Assembly (NCBI RefSeq): GCF_006345805.1
Contig: NC_043006.1
Location: 11,966,001-12,030,000, forward strand
Length of the DNA stretch: 64,000 nucleotides
Source of the DNA: Octopus sinensis
Lineage: Eukaryota
Direction of reading: 5' to 3'
Shown: positions 1 to 12,069 of the stretch, one piece after another
How the letters are laid out: each line of letters begins with the position of its first letter
Numbering within the stretch: the first letter of the stretch is position 1
Notes under the pieces: generated by a model
Seen by the model: only the letters and a program-made list of their open reading frames with translations
What the model was told of the DNA's origin: nothing
Database searches by the model: none
Translations under genes and position numbers: made by a program

Positions 1-118
1 TTTAAACAATGATTCCTATGCCTTTTCAATTTTGCTATTCTCTATCATGTGTCATCAACATTTCCAGAGTGAATGCAATCTTTTTTTTCATTTTTATTCT
101 TTCTTTTGTTTTGCTCAG

Positions 119-259
119 ATTGGAAAGAAAATCTTTGCCAGATTTGCTGCAGGATATCTCATTGAAGTCCAAGCTCAAGTAAAAGATGTTTTATTCTCTA
201 TCATGAATGAACATATTATAAATGAGCTGCCACTGCTACTGCTTTCATCTGAAGAATGA
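119..259 (+). CDS. candidate terminal coding exon of an unidentified gene lying upstream of the window
   Basis: Long polypyrimidine tract ending TTGCTCAG (AG 117-118), then in-frame IGKKIFARFAAGYLIEVQAQVKDVLFSIMNEHIINELPLLLLSSEE* in non-repetitive sequence; AATAAA at 355-360. Protein not recognised. Confidence 0.4.
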   Translation: MGKKIFARFAAGYLIEVQAQVKDVLFSIMNEHIINELPLLLLSSEE

Positions 260-625
260 AAACTTTGTTGAATTTGTCTCTCTGGTCGATTTTACATGCT
301 GAAGTAACTAATATAAACGGATTAGCGTTTTTACGGATAAAAAGAAATTATTTAAATAAAACAAAATAACGCTTTTTATGAAATCAATTCTACACAATAA
401 AGATATTAATTATTTCATTAAAAACTTTTGTATTATTCGAAGCTGCTAGTCTTTTAAACAATATCGGTGAATATTTGATGCAGGCTTATTGTAGATTATT
501 TGAATTACGATGTTCGAAGTAAACTTAATTTAGAAGAGACTAAATCACAAAGAAGTATTTATTGTTATAATTCTTTTTCTAAACAAAGCGAAAAGATTCC
601 TAAAGGAATATATATATATGTATAT

Positions 626-699
<74 letters not shown>

Positions 700-963
700 C
701 AAAGTAATATTATTGTTGTTATTGTAAACTATTTGTTTTTGAATCTGTGGTCGCATTAAATGTCTTACTCGAAAACAGTTTTAGCTGTTTTAATTAAATA
801 AAACTTTCGGATTTATGCGTATATTTATCTATACAGCCTTCATAATATCACTGGGATTTGATGCTTTGACAAGTATCTTTAAGAACTATTAAGTGAAAGT
901 CCTTGATGTGCTAGCTTGTCCGATTCGTTCATAAAGCCTGAGATATTCTTAGAAATGTGAAAC

Positions 964-1364
964 GGAGTGGCTGTGTGGTAAGTAGGTTGCTTACCAAGCA
1001 CATGGTTCCGAGTTCATTCCCACTGCGTGGCACCTTGGGCAAGTGTCTTCTACTATAGCCTCCGGCCGACCAAAGTCTTGTGAGTGGATTTGGTAGATGG
1101 AAACTGGAAGAAGCCCGTCGTATATATGTATATATATGTGTATGCATGTGTGTATATGTTTGTGTGTCTGTGTTTGTCCCCCTAGCATTGCTTGACAACC
1201 GATGCTGGTGTGTTTACGTCCCCGTAACTTAGCGGTTCAGCAAAAGAGACTGATAGAATAAGTACTAGGCTTACAAAGAATAAGATCTGGGTTCGATTTA
1301 CTCGACTAGAAGGCGGTGCTCCAGCATGGCCGCAGTCATATGAATGAAACAAGTAAAAGAGTAA
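964..1364 (+). mobile_element. tRNA-derived SINE, family A (full length)
   Basis: Pol III A-box TGGCTGTGTGGT and B-box-like GAGTTCATTCC, CORE-like CACCTTGGGCAAGTGTCTT, internal TA/TG microsatellite, tail ...GAAACAAGTAAAAGAGTAA; six more copies in window. Confidence 0.9.
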
Positions 1365-1510
1365 GTTTGTCTTACATATTTGTATATTAAAGAAATTGAG
1401 TTAGAATATTAACTGAATATAGCTGTCATATTTAGTAGTTTCCTCAACAAAAAGTATATAATGGTTTCCACTTAAGAATTTTGCAGAATCATTAGTGTTC
1501 CGTTTCTAAG

Positions 1511-1700
1511 GTAACGAGTTGGTGGAATCTTAGCAGCACTTCGTCCGTCTTTATGTCCTGAGCTCAAATTCTGCTGAGATCCACTTTGCTTCTCATCCTC
1601 TTGTGATTGATGAAATAAGCACCAGTCATGTATTGGGGTCGATGCAATCGACTTATCACTCTCATAAAATTGCTGACCTTGTGCCGTAATTCGAAACCAA
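1511..1700 (+). mobile_element. diverged SINE family C (tail type C2); further fragments at ~1720-1850 and ~2065-2150
   Basis: Degenerate tRNA-like head, then GGGGTCGATGCAATCGACTT...AAATTGCTGACCTTGTGCC...GAAACC module shared with other family C copies. Confidence 0.7.
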
Positions 1701-1867
1701 TATGCGTTCCGTTCCTTTACCTTTTGGGTTCAAAGTCAACTTCGCTTTTCATCTATCAGGGCTCAATAAAATAAAGTACCAGACAATTTCGTTTCTGTGA
1801 TCGACTTGCTCCGTTCCTCGAATTTCTGGCTTTTTACCAAAATTTGAAATCACTCTTCTTCTTATAA

Positions 1868-2062
1868 TAATAATAACAGCATCGAAAAATACCTTAGAAA
1901 TAACAACCCAGGTTCGAAATTTCCCCAAGACACCTGATGAAAGCTGGAGGGTATATCAGCCGAAACGTTGTGTTAACAACAAGCCAGATGAGGACAGATA
2001 TCCGTCAATTGTAAATAATGTAAATAATGTACATAATTCCCCATCTCTTAAATATAGAACTG
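1868..2062 (+). mobile_element. short repeat carrying a minimal hammerhead ribozyme motif (PLE pseudo-LTR/retrozyme-like)
   Basis: GACAC-CTGATGA-A-aGCTG(gagggtatat)CAGCc-GAAA-CGT-T-GTGTT at 1929-1974; ends in tandem TGTAAATAA. Single copy in window, boundaries approximate. Confidence 0.6.
1929..1974 (+). ncRNA. minimal type I hammerhead ribozyme motif
   Basis: Intact CUGAUGA and GAAA cores, stem I GACAC/GTGTT, stem II GCTG/CAGC, self-complementary ACGT stem III, predicted cleavage after GUU (1969). Confidence 0.6.
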
Positions 2063-3267
2063 TAAAATACATGCCAGTTGAGCAATGGGGTCGATGTAAT
2101 CGATTTCCCCTCCCTAGAACTTGCTGGCCTTGCACAAGAAGTTGAAAATTGTATTTCTACTGTTTGATGATTTATTTTAGAAAACAAAGCTATCTACGAA
2201 ATTACTTTCATTCTTTATAGGTAAGGTGAAATGATATGGTCCAATTCAAATGCAGTTTATTCCAAATTAGGTCATAAAACTGTGTAATCATGCACATATG
2301 TAGTTTTTTTATTGGAACTCTATTGGCATCGCAAATACAAACTTCAGTCAAATATTTTAATTAAAATGATACTGACTAATAATTAGAGACCTGCCTGAGA
2401 AAAGAGGATGCTATTTATATTGGAAAGAATTTAATTAATAAACATAATACTTTCTCTTGATTAAGTAAAGTGGCCCTTGGCAGGACTTGGTCGCGTAATA
2501 TATAAGGAAGAAAACACACAAATAATAATATTTAATTTCATGTACCACCATTCCGACAAAGTTTCTGCAATTTGACTCGGAAATAGATTTGTTTGAAAAA
2601 GAAAGTATACTTGTAAGACTAACAATAGTTACGGTTTGCAAGATACACAAAATTGAAACGTATACTAGGATATAATGGAACAGCATACACACATTATGCA
2701 AATAGACATGTCAGAAGTTTGCAAAGACGTTCTGAATATATATAGATATATCTGGTAATTTCGTGTAATACTTCAAAGCTCGTGGTATACGACGATTGGT
2801 ATTTTTTAGAAGTTGAACGTTTATGATGTTCCCATTTTATATTGTTATAATTATTAATAATGCCATCAAAGATTTACGTTCACGAGAGGCGGTGTTTGTT
2901 ATTAATTGTTGGTTGTGGTTAAATATTGGTCAGTCTTAGATGCCGTAACGTCTTGGTTTAGAAAGATTTTTTTTATCTTAATATGATATGTAGATATCAT
3001 ATTGATAATGTATTCATACATTAAAACTAATTTGATATTAAGAGGATCAAGATATTTATATTACGAATACAAATAACTTGATATGATGCTTTGTATAGCA
3101 GTTATTGGCTTATGAGAAGTGTTTCAAGACACTACAAGATAGACTGATATATGATACTTCTAGGAACTAGATTCTGCTATATATTAGATTATGATGAAAA
3201 TAGGCTTACGAAAGACACATTTTCTCTCAATTACAGATGGTTTATATTAAAATAGTGTTAGAATATC

Positions 3268-3472
3268 AGTCGCCATGATAGATCGTTAGTCACTACACAC
3301 ATTTTTTCTCTCCTTGTTTCTCTCCTAGTTTTTTCTGTGTCCCTTTCTGTAGAAGAGCGTAGGCTCGAAACGTAAAAGACTTTTTCTATTCCTGAGCGTT
3401 ATACTAATACATATGTTTGTTTTGTTTGTACACCACCTGTCTTCATCTTTTGTTTTTTTCGTAAACTCTCCC
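3268..3472 (+). mobile_element. dispersed repeat family E with hammerhead-like motif
   Basis: Similar to 24200-24403 and partial 10437-10548; contains CTTT-CTGTAGA-A-GAGC(gtag)GCTC-GAAA-CGT-A-AAAG at 3343-3378. Confidence 0.75.
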
Positions 3473-4064
3473 TATGTATCACGCGCTCACGTCGCCGCAC
3501 ATGCTAAAATAGTGTTCATTGATATACAGCTAAAAGCACCGGTCACATTTGGAATGTTTTTCATCAGAGGTCAGTTTGAATAGACTTCAATTGAATATAA
3601 ACAATAATGCCCAGTGTCACAAATAGAAACATTTATTCTAAACATCCCTCCACTTTCTTGAAGCTGTGTATAGAATCAATATGTCACTAAATAAGAATCA
3701 GTATGTTTCAGTCCGTCACTTCTTAGTTCAACATGGCTCGCTTTAAACAACACGTCAAACCGTTTCTTTTTTAAGGTTCAGCCCTTGCCTCTATATTTTT
3801 ATTTACACTCCGTCTCCTTTCTTGTATTTACAGATTAATGCAAACACAAATCTGTAGCAATTCGAACTAAATTTAATCTTAACCAATCATGCTATTCCTT
3901 TCCTCTAGAAAAAAACTACTAAAACATGCCAAACAATGTTTCGGTTGAATTCCTTCAAAACAAAATCTTTTTTGAACAGAAGTAAAAAGAATTACAATTT
4001 AAAAGTGATTGATTAGCAATGTAAGCAGCTACAGAGACTAACTTTAGGTGGAAGAATACATGTA

Positions 4065-4158
<94 letters not shown>

Positions 4159-6836
4159 TACACAAACTGTTTTAAAGAAGTACGTTTCAAGATGCGAACA
4201 ACTTTCTGTAACTGTTTCTTAGAGGCAAAAGAAGAAAGCATTTAAAAGAAATTTTTGTTTCAAGAAAAAGAAGTTAAATTCAGAAATAATGGAATAATTG
4301 ATGCACTAAAGATAATGTCAAAAGTTAAAGCAATACCGATTGGCATGCGCTATCAATTTGTTTTAGCTGGTTAAAAAGTAAAGTTTTGTAATAGCAGTGG
4401 AAATTACTCATGCCAATTTTTAATAGTAATTTTTTTCCAAATACGTATGAATGAAGTGCAAAATAATATGTGATCTCTAAAGAAAAATCTGAAACTAAAT
4501 TCAAAATAAATACAGGCTGGTATCATATATATTTTTGAAACTGAAATACTCGCAATATACTCAATTACTGAAGTTGATGAATGTCAAAGTTGGCAATGCC
4601 TGCACTTCTTAAACTAACAAATCGTAGGGACGACCCTGATCAGTGAATTTCTTGCCTCTTTTCTTTATTGACTGAAAGGTAGTAAAAGAACCTATATAGT
4701 TCTTACTTCTTTGCCATGGTGTGGGTAAATTAAAAATGGTCTAAGTAAAATATTGGAAGTAAACTATACGAAAATAAGTGAGATTGCCTGCCCAAGTTTC
4801 AATCCTCACATGTGCCAAGTCTCTTCTGATATTTTAGTTACTCTTCACACCAAACTAACTTCAAAGCCCAACAGGTTCATCTTTTCCTTTTCTCCCTCTA
4901 GGGTCGATAAAACTATTACTGGTTAGGTACTTCAATTCTGTACAAGTATATTCCTGTAACAAAACCATATCCTACTTTGTTGGTGATTAGTGCACCACTA
5001 TGTTAAAATCACGACGAATATTTGTTGGAATTAATGCTACGCAATAAATACCAAGTATTATAGAGATGCATCCATCTACACATAATATACTTGCTTACGT
5101 TATTGCAGTTAACACTTCGGCATTATTTCGTTCCTAATTAAATGCGATAAAATATCTTTAATTAAATCAGATAAAAACAACAATAAAATTTGTATTCATC
5201 AATTGAAATTCAAAATGAAAAGAAACATCTTTATTACATGTCTGTATCTTTTATACTAGAACTTTAATTATTCCTATTACAGGAACATATCCATTACTAA
5301 TCAAAGAACACAGCAATAAAATTCCGGAATCTAAAGCAGTAGTTTGCTATGCATTACATTTTCCCCAGTTTTATGCTTTTAGATGCGCAGAAAATAAATT
5401 TTAATTTTATCTTTATGTATGAACTTAAATATAGTTTTCATTCTATATATAAAAAATATATTCCATAATTTATTATTTTGATCAAAATATAATTTATTAA
5501 ACAATGAATTATTATTGAATAAATGCTATATATTGTCATTGAATATACTTGACTTCAATGAATATAAAATTAAAGATATCTCCCAGTGGTGCTTCATACT
5601 TCTATCTGAGACGGATTTCATCCAGCAAAATTGGTTGTTGCTGTTCAAAACAATTACAACATTGATAGTGATCATCAAAAGCATTCCGCTCATGGCATAA
5701 CTTTATAGTGTTACCAACACTATTTCTTTAAATGTAGTATAGGAATATTTGAATATTATTTTCTAAGCATGATGGTTATAACGTAGTTTTATTGTTACCT
5801 CTAGCCAGGCATGAAGTGTAGTTGTCATTTTCTGCTTATAACAGTGACAGGAAATTATAATTTACAAATAATTGCATAGGCATACTGTAAAAAAATCAAC
5901 TCCAAAGTAATACGAACTGAAAAAGATCAAGATAGAGAACCAAGGGCAGATTTATCTTTATTATTTTTTATAGAAATTAGAACGTTACGAAATCAGAAGG
6001 GATTCACAAACAAATGGATTCTTGGTAATCGAAAATATAATCTTTATCTTTAATCTTTAGCTAGTTTCAGCTTTAAAGCTGCGGTCATGCTGGGGCACCA
6101 CCTTTGATAGCATTAATTTTTGAAAACATTTCATCTTATTATTTCCTTTCAAAAGTACCCTATAATAAAAATACCTAGAATTTCTGTGATAATGACTTAA
6201 AATAATAAAGTATAAATATTCATATTAACGCTATTGCAAATGGCAGCTTATTGAAATTTTGCTTCACTACAAAAGCTATAATCATATAATATCAAAAGAA
6301 CAACAGAGGCACTACCAACCGACGGACAGATCTCTCCTTATATTGCAGTGTTTGATGTCTGTAGTACCAGCGCCTATTTTTTACCATTGTATGATGCTGA
6401 AGATACGATAACTATTCCAAAGTGCATGCATCAATAAATCTTGATGGAGGGCACCTCAAACTCACCTGGTACAATTGCACCTATTTACTTTCAGAGAGTT
6501 TTTTTCCATAACAAAATATAGTGAATACTTTTCCTACAAATTCGATCATATCTCAAACATATTTGAAATGGTAACAAGTTTTACACACACACACATACAC
6601 ACACACACACACACACCACACACACACCTACACACACACACTCCCTCTCTCACACACAGAGATTTATATGTGTATGTTTATATTTCAGTATGCATATTTA
6701 TGTATCTATGCATATATACATATACACACATATGTATATAGAAGTATGTATATGGGTTTGTATGTGGTATCGGTGTTTATAAATATATGAACACTTATAC
6801 ACATTCATGGAAAGCTGATACAGTAATGATGTCAGT

Positions 6837-7105
6837 GGAGGCGCAATGGCCCAGTGGTTAGGGCAGCGGACTCGCGGTCGCAGGATCGCGGTTTCGATTC
6901 CCAGACCGAGCGTTGTGTGTGTTTATTAAGCGTAAACACCTAAAAGCTCCACGAGGCTCCGGCAGGGGGGGGGTGATCCCAGCTGTACTCTTTCACCACT
7001 CTTTCTCCCACTGTTTCTTCTGTTGGCCTGCTCGCTTAGCCAGCGGGGTGGCGTCATTCGAAGGCTAAAACAATGCGAAGCGCATTGTGACCAGCGATGT
7101 GTAAC
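6837..7105 (+). mobile_element. tRNA-derived SINE, head B + tail 1
   Basis: GGAGGCGCAATGGCCCAGTGGTTAGGGCAGCGGACTCGCGG...GGTTTCGATTCCC head; tail GGCCTGCTCGCTTAGCCAGCGGGGTGGCGTCATT...GACCAGCGATGTGT. Confidence 0.9.
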
Positions 7106-7316
7106 AAGAAGAAAGTCACGTGATATTTATATATGCTATACATTACAACAAAGAGTAAATGGTGGTCATTATAATACTCGGTGTTTCGAATGCCGGAGCG
7201 AACAGCTACGGTACATTCTCAATGCACCTAACCACCTATGTGTATATGAAGATGAGGATGCGCACACATATATATATATGTGTGTGTGTATATATATGTA
7301 TATAAATATGTATATG

Positions 7317-7377
<61 letters not shown>

Positions 7378-7379
<2 letters not shown>

Positions 7380-7548
7380 CGCAGGAGTGGCTGTGTGGTA
7401 AGTAGCTTGCTAACCAGCCACATGGTTCCGGGTTCAGTCCCACTGCGTGGCACCTTGGGTAAGTGTCTTCTGCTATAGCCCCGGGCCGACCAATGCCTTG
7501 TGAGTGGATTTGGTAGACGGAAACTGAAAGAAGCCTGTCGTATATATG

Positions 7549-7579
<31 letters not shown>

Positions 7580-7967
7580 TTGTGTGTCTGTGTTTGTCCC
7601 CCTAGCATTGCTTGACAACCGATGCTGGTGTGTTTAGGTCCCCGTCGCTTAGAGGTTCGGCAAAAAGAGACCGATAGAATAAGTACTAAAAGGTGGTGCT
7701 CCAGCATGGCCGCAGTCAGGTGACTGAAACAAGTAAAAGAGTAAAAGAGAGAGTAAAGAGTATATATATATATGTATGTGTGTGTGTTGTGTGTCTGTGT
7801 TTGTCCCCCTAGCATTGCTTGACAACCGATGCTGGTGTGTTTAGGTCCCCGTCGCTTAGAGGTTCGGCAAAAAGAGACCGATAGAATAAGTACTAAAAGG
7901 TGGTGCTCCAGCATGGCCGCAGTCAGGTGACTGAAACAAGTAAAAGAGTAAAAGAGAGAGTAAAGAG
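7378..7967 (+). mobile_element. SINE family A with ~40-bp internal deletion and tandemly duplicated 3' half
   Basis: Head at 7378; the ~205-bp 3' block (TGTTTGTCCCCCTAGC...GTAAAGAG) occurs twice in tandem. Confidence 0.9.
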
Positions 7968-8803
7968 TATATATATATATGTATGTGTGTGTGTGTGTGT
8001 GTGTGTATGTGTGTACATACATACACAGGTACACATATACGCTTTCCATCTTCTGTAGCCTTATTGTGTTCTGAAAATTTTTCGTGTCATCTATGGTTGA
8101 TGCATCAGCAGAAAACAACGAAAGGATATTGTTTAAGATATTTTATTATACAAAGACTTCTCAGACAGACCTGGAACTCTTTTGTCTATTTGATATATTA
8201 ACATTAGCTGCTGACTCTATCGACATTATTAATAACAAAGTCTAGCGAATACTGTCAGCGTTTGAATAGATTTAATTAAACCGATTGTCTGACTTGTAGC
8301 TGCAGAATTATTTGGTCACTGGATCTACACGTTTACAGTCTAAAAATGTACCTAATTTGTTCTATGCTTCGTTGCGTAGATTCCTGGTATTTTATGAAAT
8401 AATCATACAAACAATATTCTATCCTTCATCTTGATATCCTATCTCAGATTTATAACAGTTGAAAAATTGTTAAGCCGTGACATTAATATGACGCTTTAAT
8501 CTGACACTTCTATCGATTTATTGCAAATGAAATCTAACTCGCACATTAAATAAAGACACAAATATATTTTTAGATGCGTAATTCATTTGCAACGTAGTAT
8601 TTCTGACAACGATGCTACCTCTTTGACAATAATATGTAAATTAGTATCATTGAAGTGTCATAAAAAATGCCATGGTGTATATTCGTAAAACAACACTTTA
8701 TCATCTCTCCTTCACACACACATTATATAGACATACACATATTCATACACACACACATATACACACACAGAAGCACGCCTACCCGCACACACACACACGT
8801 ATG

Positions 8804-8834
<31 letters not shown>

Positions 8835-9087
8835 CTTTTTTCCTTGTTTCAGTCATTTTGACTGCGGCCATGCTTGAGCACCGCCTTTAATCGAGCAACT
8901 CGACCCCGGTACTTATTCTTTTGTAAGCCCAGTACTTATTCTATCTGTCTCTTTTGCCGAACCGCTAAGTAACGGGGACATAAACACACCAGCATCGGTT
9001 GTCAAACAATGCTAGGGGACAAACACAGACACACAAAAATACACACACACATATATATATACATATATACGACCGGCTTCTTTCAGT
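8835..9087 (-). mobile_element. SINE family A, 5'-truncated
   Basis: Reverse complement of family A 3' part (CTTGTTTCAGTC...GACCGGCTTCTTTCAGT); head absent. Confidence 0.88.
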
Positions 9088-9102
9088 ATATATACATATA
9101 TA

Positions 9103-9315
9103 TATAATCAAAATAAGCAACAAGAATATCCAAGGTAGAGCGGTACAATTGTTTCATGCTAGTTCATTTTATTAAACACTGTAAATATTACATCAGTTTT
9201 AAAATGTCGACCAATATAAATCTGATGTAATACTTACAGTGTTTAATAAAATGAAGTAGCATGAAGCAATTGTACTACTATACCTTGGATATCCTTGTTG
9301 CTTATTTTGATTATA
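9103..9315. repeat. long inverted repeat, 94-bp arms, 25-nt spacer
   Basis: 9103-9196 is the reverse complement of 9222-9315 with 7 mismatches (hand alignment). Confidence 0.9.
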
Positions 9316-9771
9316 ATCACCCCATTTGATTTATATGGATAATACCATACAAAATTCTGGTGCCTTTAATTTAAGTATCATATTCATCTGAATCTAAATT
9401 TTGATGAACTTATATATATATATACAAACACTAATAGTAGAAAATGTTTGGGGTTCGTTGCATGAAGTGTCGTGTTTAGCTGTATATAATATTTTTCTTA
9501 TATGCTTTCGAGTAATTATGTACATCGTTTTGCATGATATGCATTAAATATTAACCTTTCACTGAATATTTAAATCAGCTGCAATGTTATATTTTCATCG
9601 TCTATTATTATATGTGTAACACCTCACATAAATGAATTTCTTACGTTTATAACTCTTTGACCATCGCTTCACTTATATACGTACGTAGTACAAACACGCG
9701 CATGCGCACATACATACACAAAAACACACACGTATGTTTATATACATTAACTTATATGTATATGTATATAT

Positions 9772-10005
9772 ATTTCTTTACTACCCACAAGGGGCTAAAC
9801 ATAGAGAGGACAAACAAGGACAGACAAACGGATTAAGTCGATTACATCGACCCCAGTGGGTAACTGGTACTTAATTTATCGACCCCGAAAGGATGAAAGG
9901 CAAAGTCGACCTCCCTCGGCGGAATTTGAACTCACAATGTAACGACAGACGAAATACCGCTAAGCATTTCGCCCGGCGCGCTAACGTTTCTGCCAGCTGG
10001 CCGCC
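9772..10005 (-). mobile_element. tRNA-derived SINE family C, tail C1
   Basis: Minus strand GGCGGCCAGCTGGCAGAAACGTTAGC...GAGTTCAAATTCCGCC, central GTCGACTTTGCCTTTCATCCTTTCGGGGTCGATAAA, tail ...GCCCCTTGTGGGTAGTAAAGAAATA; matches 35391-35607 and 35874-36112. Confidence 0.9.
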
Positions 10006-10027
10006 GTATATGTATATATGTATATAT

Positions 10028-10105
<78 letters not shown>

Positions 10106-10382
10106 TGTGTGTGTAAATGCGTGAGTGTGTGGATGTGTGAATTTGTATTTATGTTTATAAGCAAGGAGCCGCATGGAAAGCTTATTCATTTAAGTGTGCA
10201 ACAGCTACCTTAGCGGGACACATTTTATAATATGCATCGGGATAACTTTTGACTGAATAACTACATACGCTTGAGCTTTTAGGAATTCGAACTTAAATCT
10301 TCCTCAGAATTACACGACAGAAATTTTGTTGACTGCATCATAAACGGTGTGTCACTGATCTAAATCTCTGTGTGTGTGTGCG

Positions 10383-10436
<54 letters not shown>

Positions 10437-10438
<2 letters not shown>

Positions 10439-10548
10439 TAGGCTCGAAACGTAAAATACTTTTCTATTCCTGAGCGCTATACTAATACATTTGTTTGTTT
10501 GTACTCCACCTGCCTTCGACTTTTGTTTAATTTCGTAAACTTTCCCTT
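10437..10548 (+). mobile_element. family E fragment, truncated in the stem II loop of the hammerhead motif
   Basis: CGTAGGCTCGAAACGTAAAATAC...CGTAAACTTTCCCT, flanked by (TA)n on both sides. Confidence 0.75.
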
Positions 10549-10551
10549 TAC

Positions 10552-10602
<51 letters not shown>

Positions 10603-10870
10603 ATAAGTTGATAAATTTAGGAATTACGCTGGGGCTACTTCAGCGCTCATGCTTGGATTATACAGCGACTGGACGTTGTTTAGCGTATCTGAAGGATTGC
10701 CGACTTTCTACTCCACCCTTTCGTTGACTTCACTGTTCGAGCATGAAACTTAAAGTAGCTCATGCGTAACACCAGAATTTATCCCTTTCTGGAATGAGTA
10801 CGTTTGTACAGAGTGTATCAACGCAGTACATACACACCTATCTACACATGGACCCCCTTCTCTCTCTCTG

Positions 10871-10920
<50 letters not shown>

Positions 10921-11762
10921 TATGTGTGAATGTGTGTGTGCGTGCGTATCTATAGATGGAATGGGCACTACTCGACTGCCTTTGCCTACACGTTAGTCAG
11001 CTAACTCACCAATGATCTTAGACTACACAGTAACAGCAATAACAACATCAACAATTTACAGTTAATAATGTAATCAGCAATTTATATATCCAAGTTTTTC
11101 TCTTTTCGCCAATTCACTGATATCTTTTGCTGGGCGCAGTGATACATCTCGTATGAATTTGATAAACAGGTAATAACGAACTAAAATGTGCCTGGTCTGA
11201 CCCATAGAGTCAACATTTAATAGCAAATATAAAAGTTTTGGTCATTTCCTCTTTCAAAGAATCTGACAGATTTTATTACATAATTTATTTTCCCGAAGAA
11301 TATCGATTATTTAAAGCGTCCACTGATACTGTCTGATTGATCGATTGATCATGACTTTGATATTTCATTAATGTTTTTGTATTTTGAGATTAATGTTTGT
11401 ATTGACATTTTTTTTTTATCGATTATGGGATTACTACGAAACCGGCACATTACTATTGGCGATGTCAATGCTTGCTTCCAAATTTAAAAATATATATTCT
11501 CGTCCAAAGTATTAATTAGAAATCTCAGAGTGGAATTAAATAAACGGAATACGTAAAATGTTTCGATAGATGTTTTTATTTTGTTTTTGCATTCGATTTT
11601 GTTTTTGAAACAAGCCATTACCATAAATATATTGTTTGTGACTACTTATTCCATATATTTTTATCACTTATGATCAGTACAGATTATATATAATTGCGCT
11701 TTAAAATATTTCTATTTGCCCGCCCCCTCTTCCACTGTAGACACACATATCATATGTATATG

Positions 11763-11782
11763 AATATATACATTTTCGTCTG

Positions 11783-11830
<48 letters not shown>

Positions 11831-11975
11831 ACTACCTATCTATATATATATACGAATATAGATATAAAGGCGTAAGTAAATCTATACGAACATACAGCCT
11901 CATAATAAAGATACGATGCACACACATATCTATCTATTTATCTCTCTATCTATCTATCCACCTATCTATCTATCT

Positions 11976-12020
<45 letters not shown>
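11763..12020. repeat. (TATC)n / GATA-type microsatellite tracts
   Basis: Two TATC arrays; similar arrays at ~50147-50313, ~52955-53007 and ~62315-62450. Confidence 0.9.
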
Positions 12021-12026
12021 ATATAT

Positions 12027-12069
<43 letters not shown>

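Noticed and set aside
5570-5730. Minus-strand open frame NSVGNTIKLCHERNAFDDHYQCC...
   Set aside because: Poor acceptor, 40 codons, no recognisable homology; compatible with chance.
6349-6560. Plus-strand acceptor + FDVCSTSAYFLPLYDAEDT...* and a minus-strand CAG|GTGAGT donor near 6467
   Set aside because: Mutually inconsistent, short and unsupported by homology.
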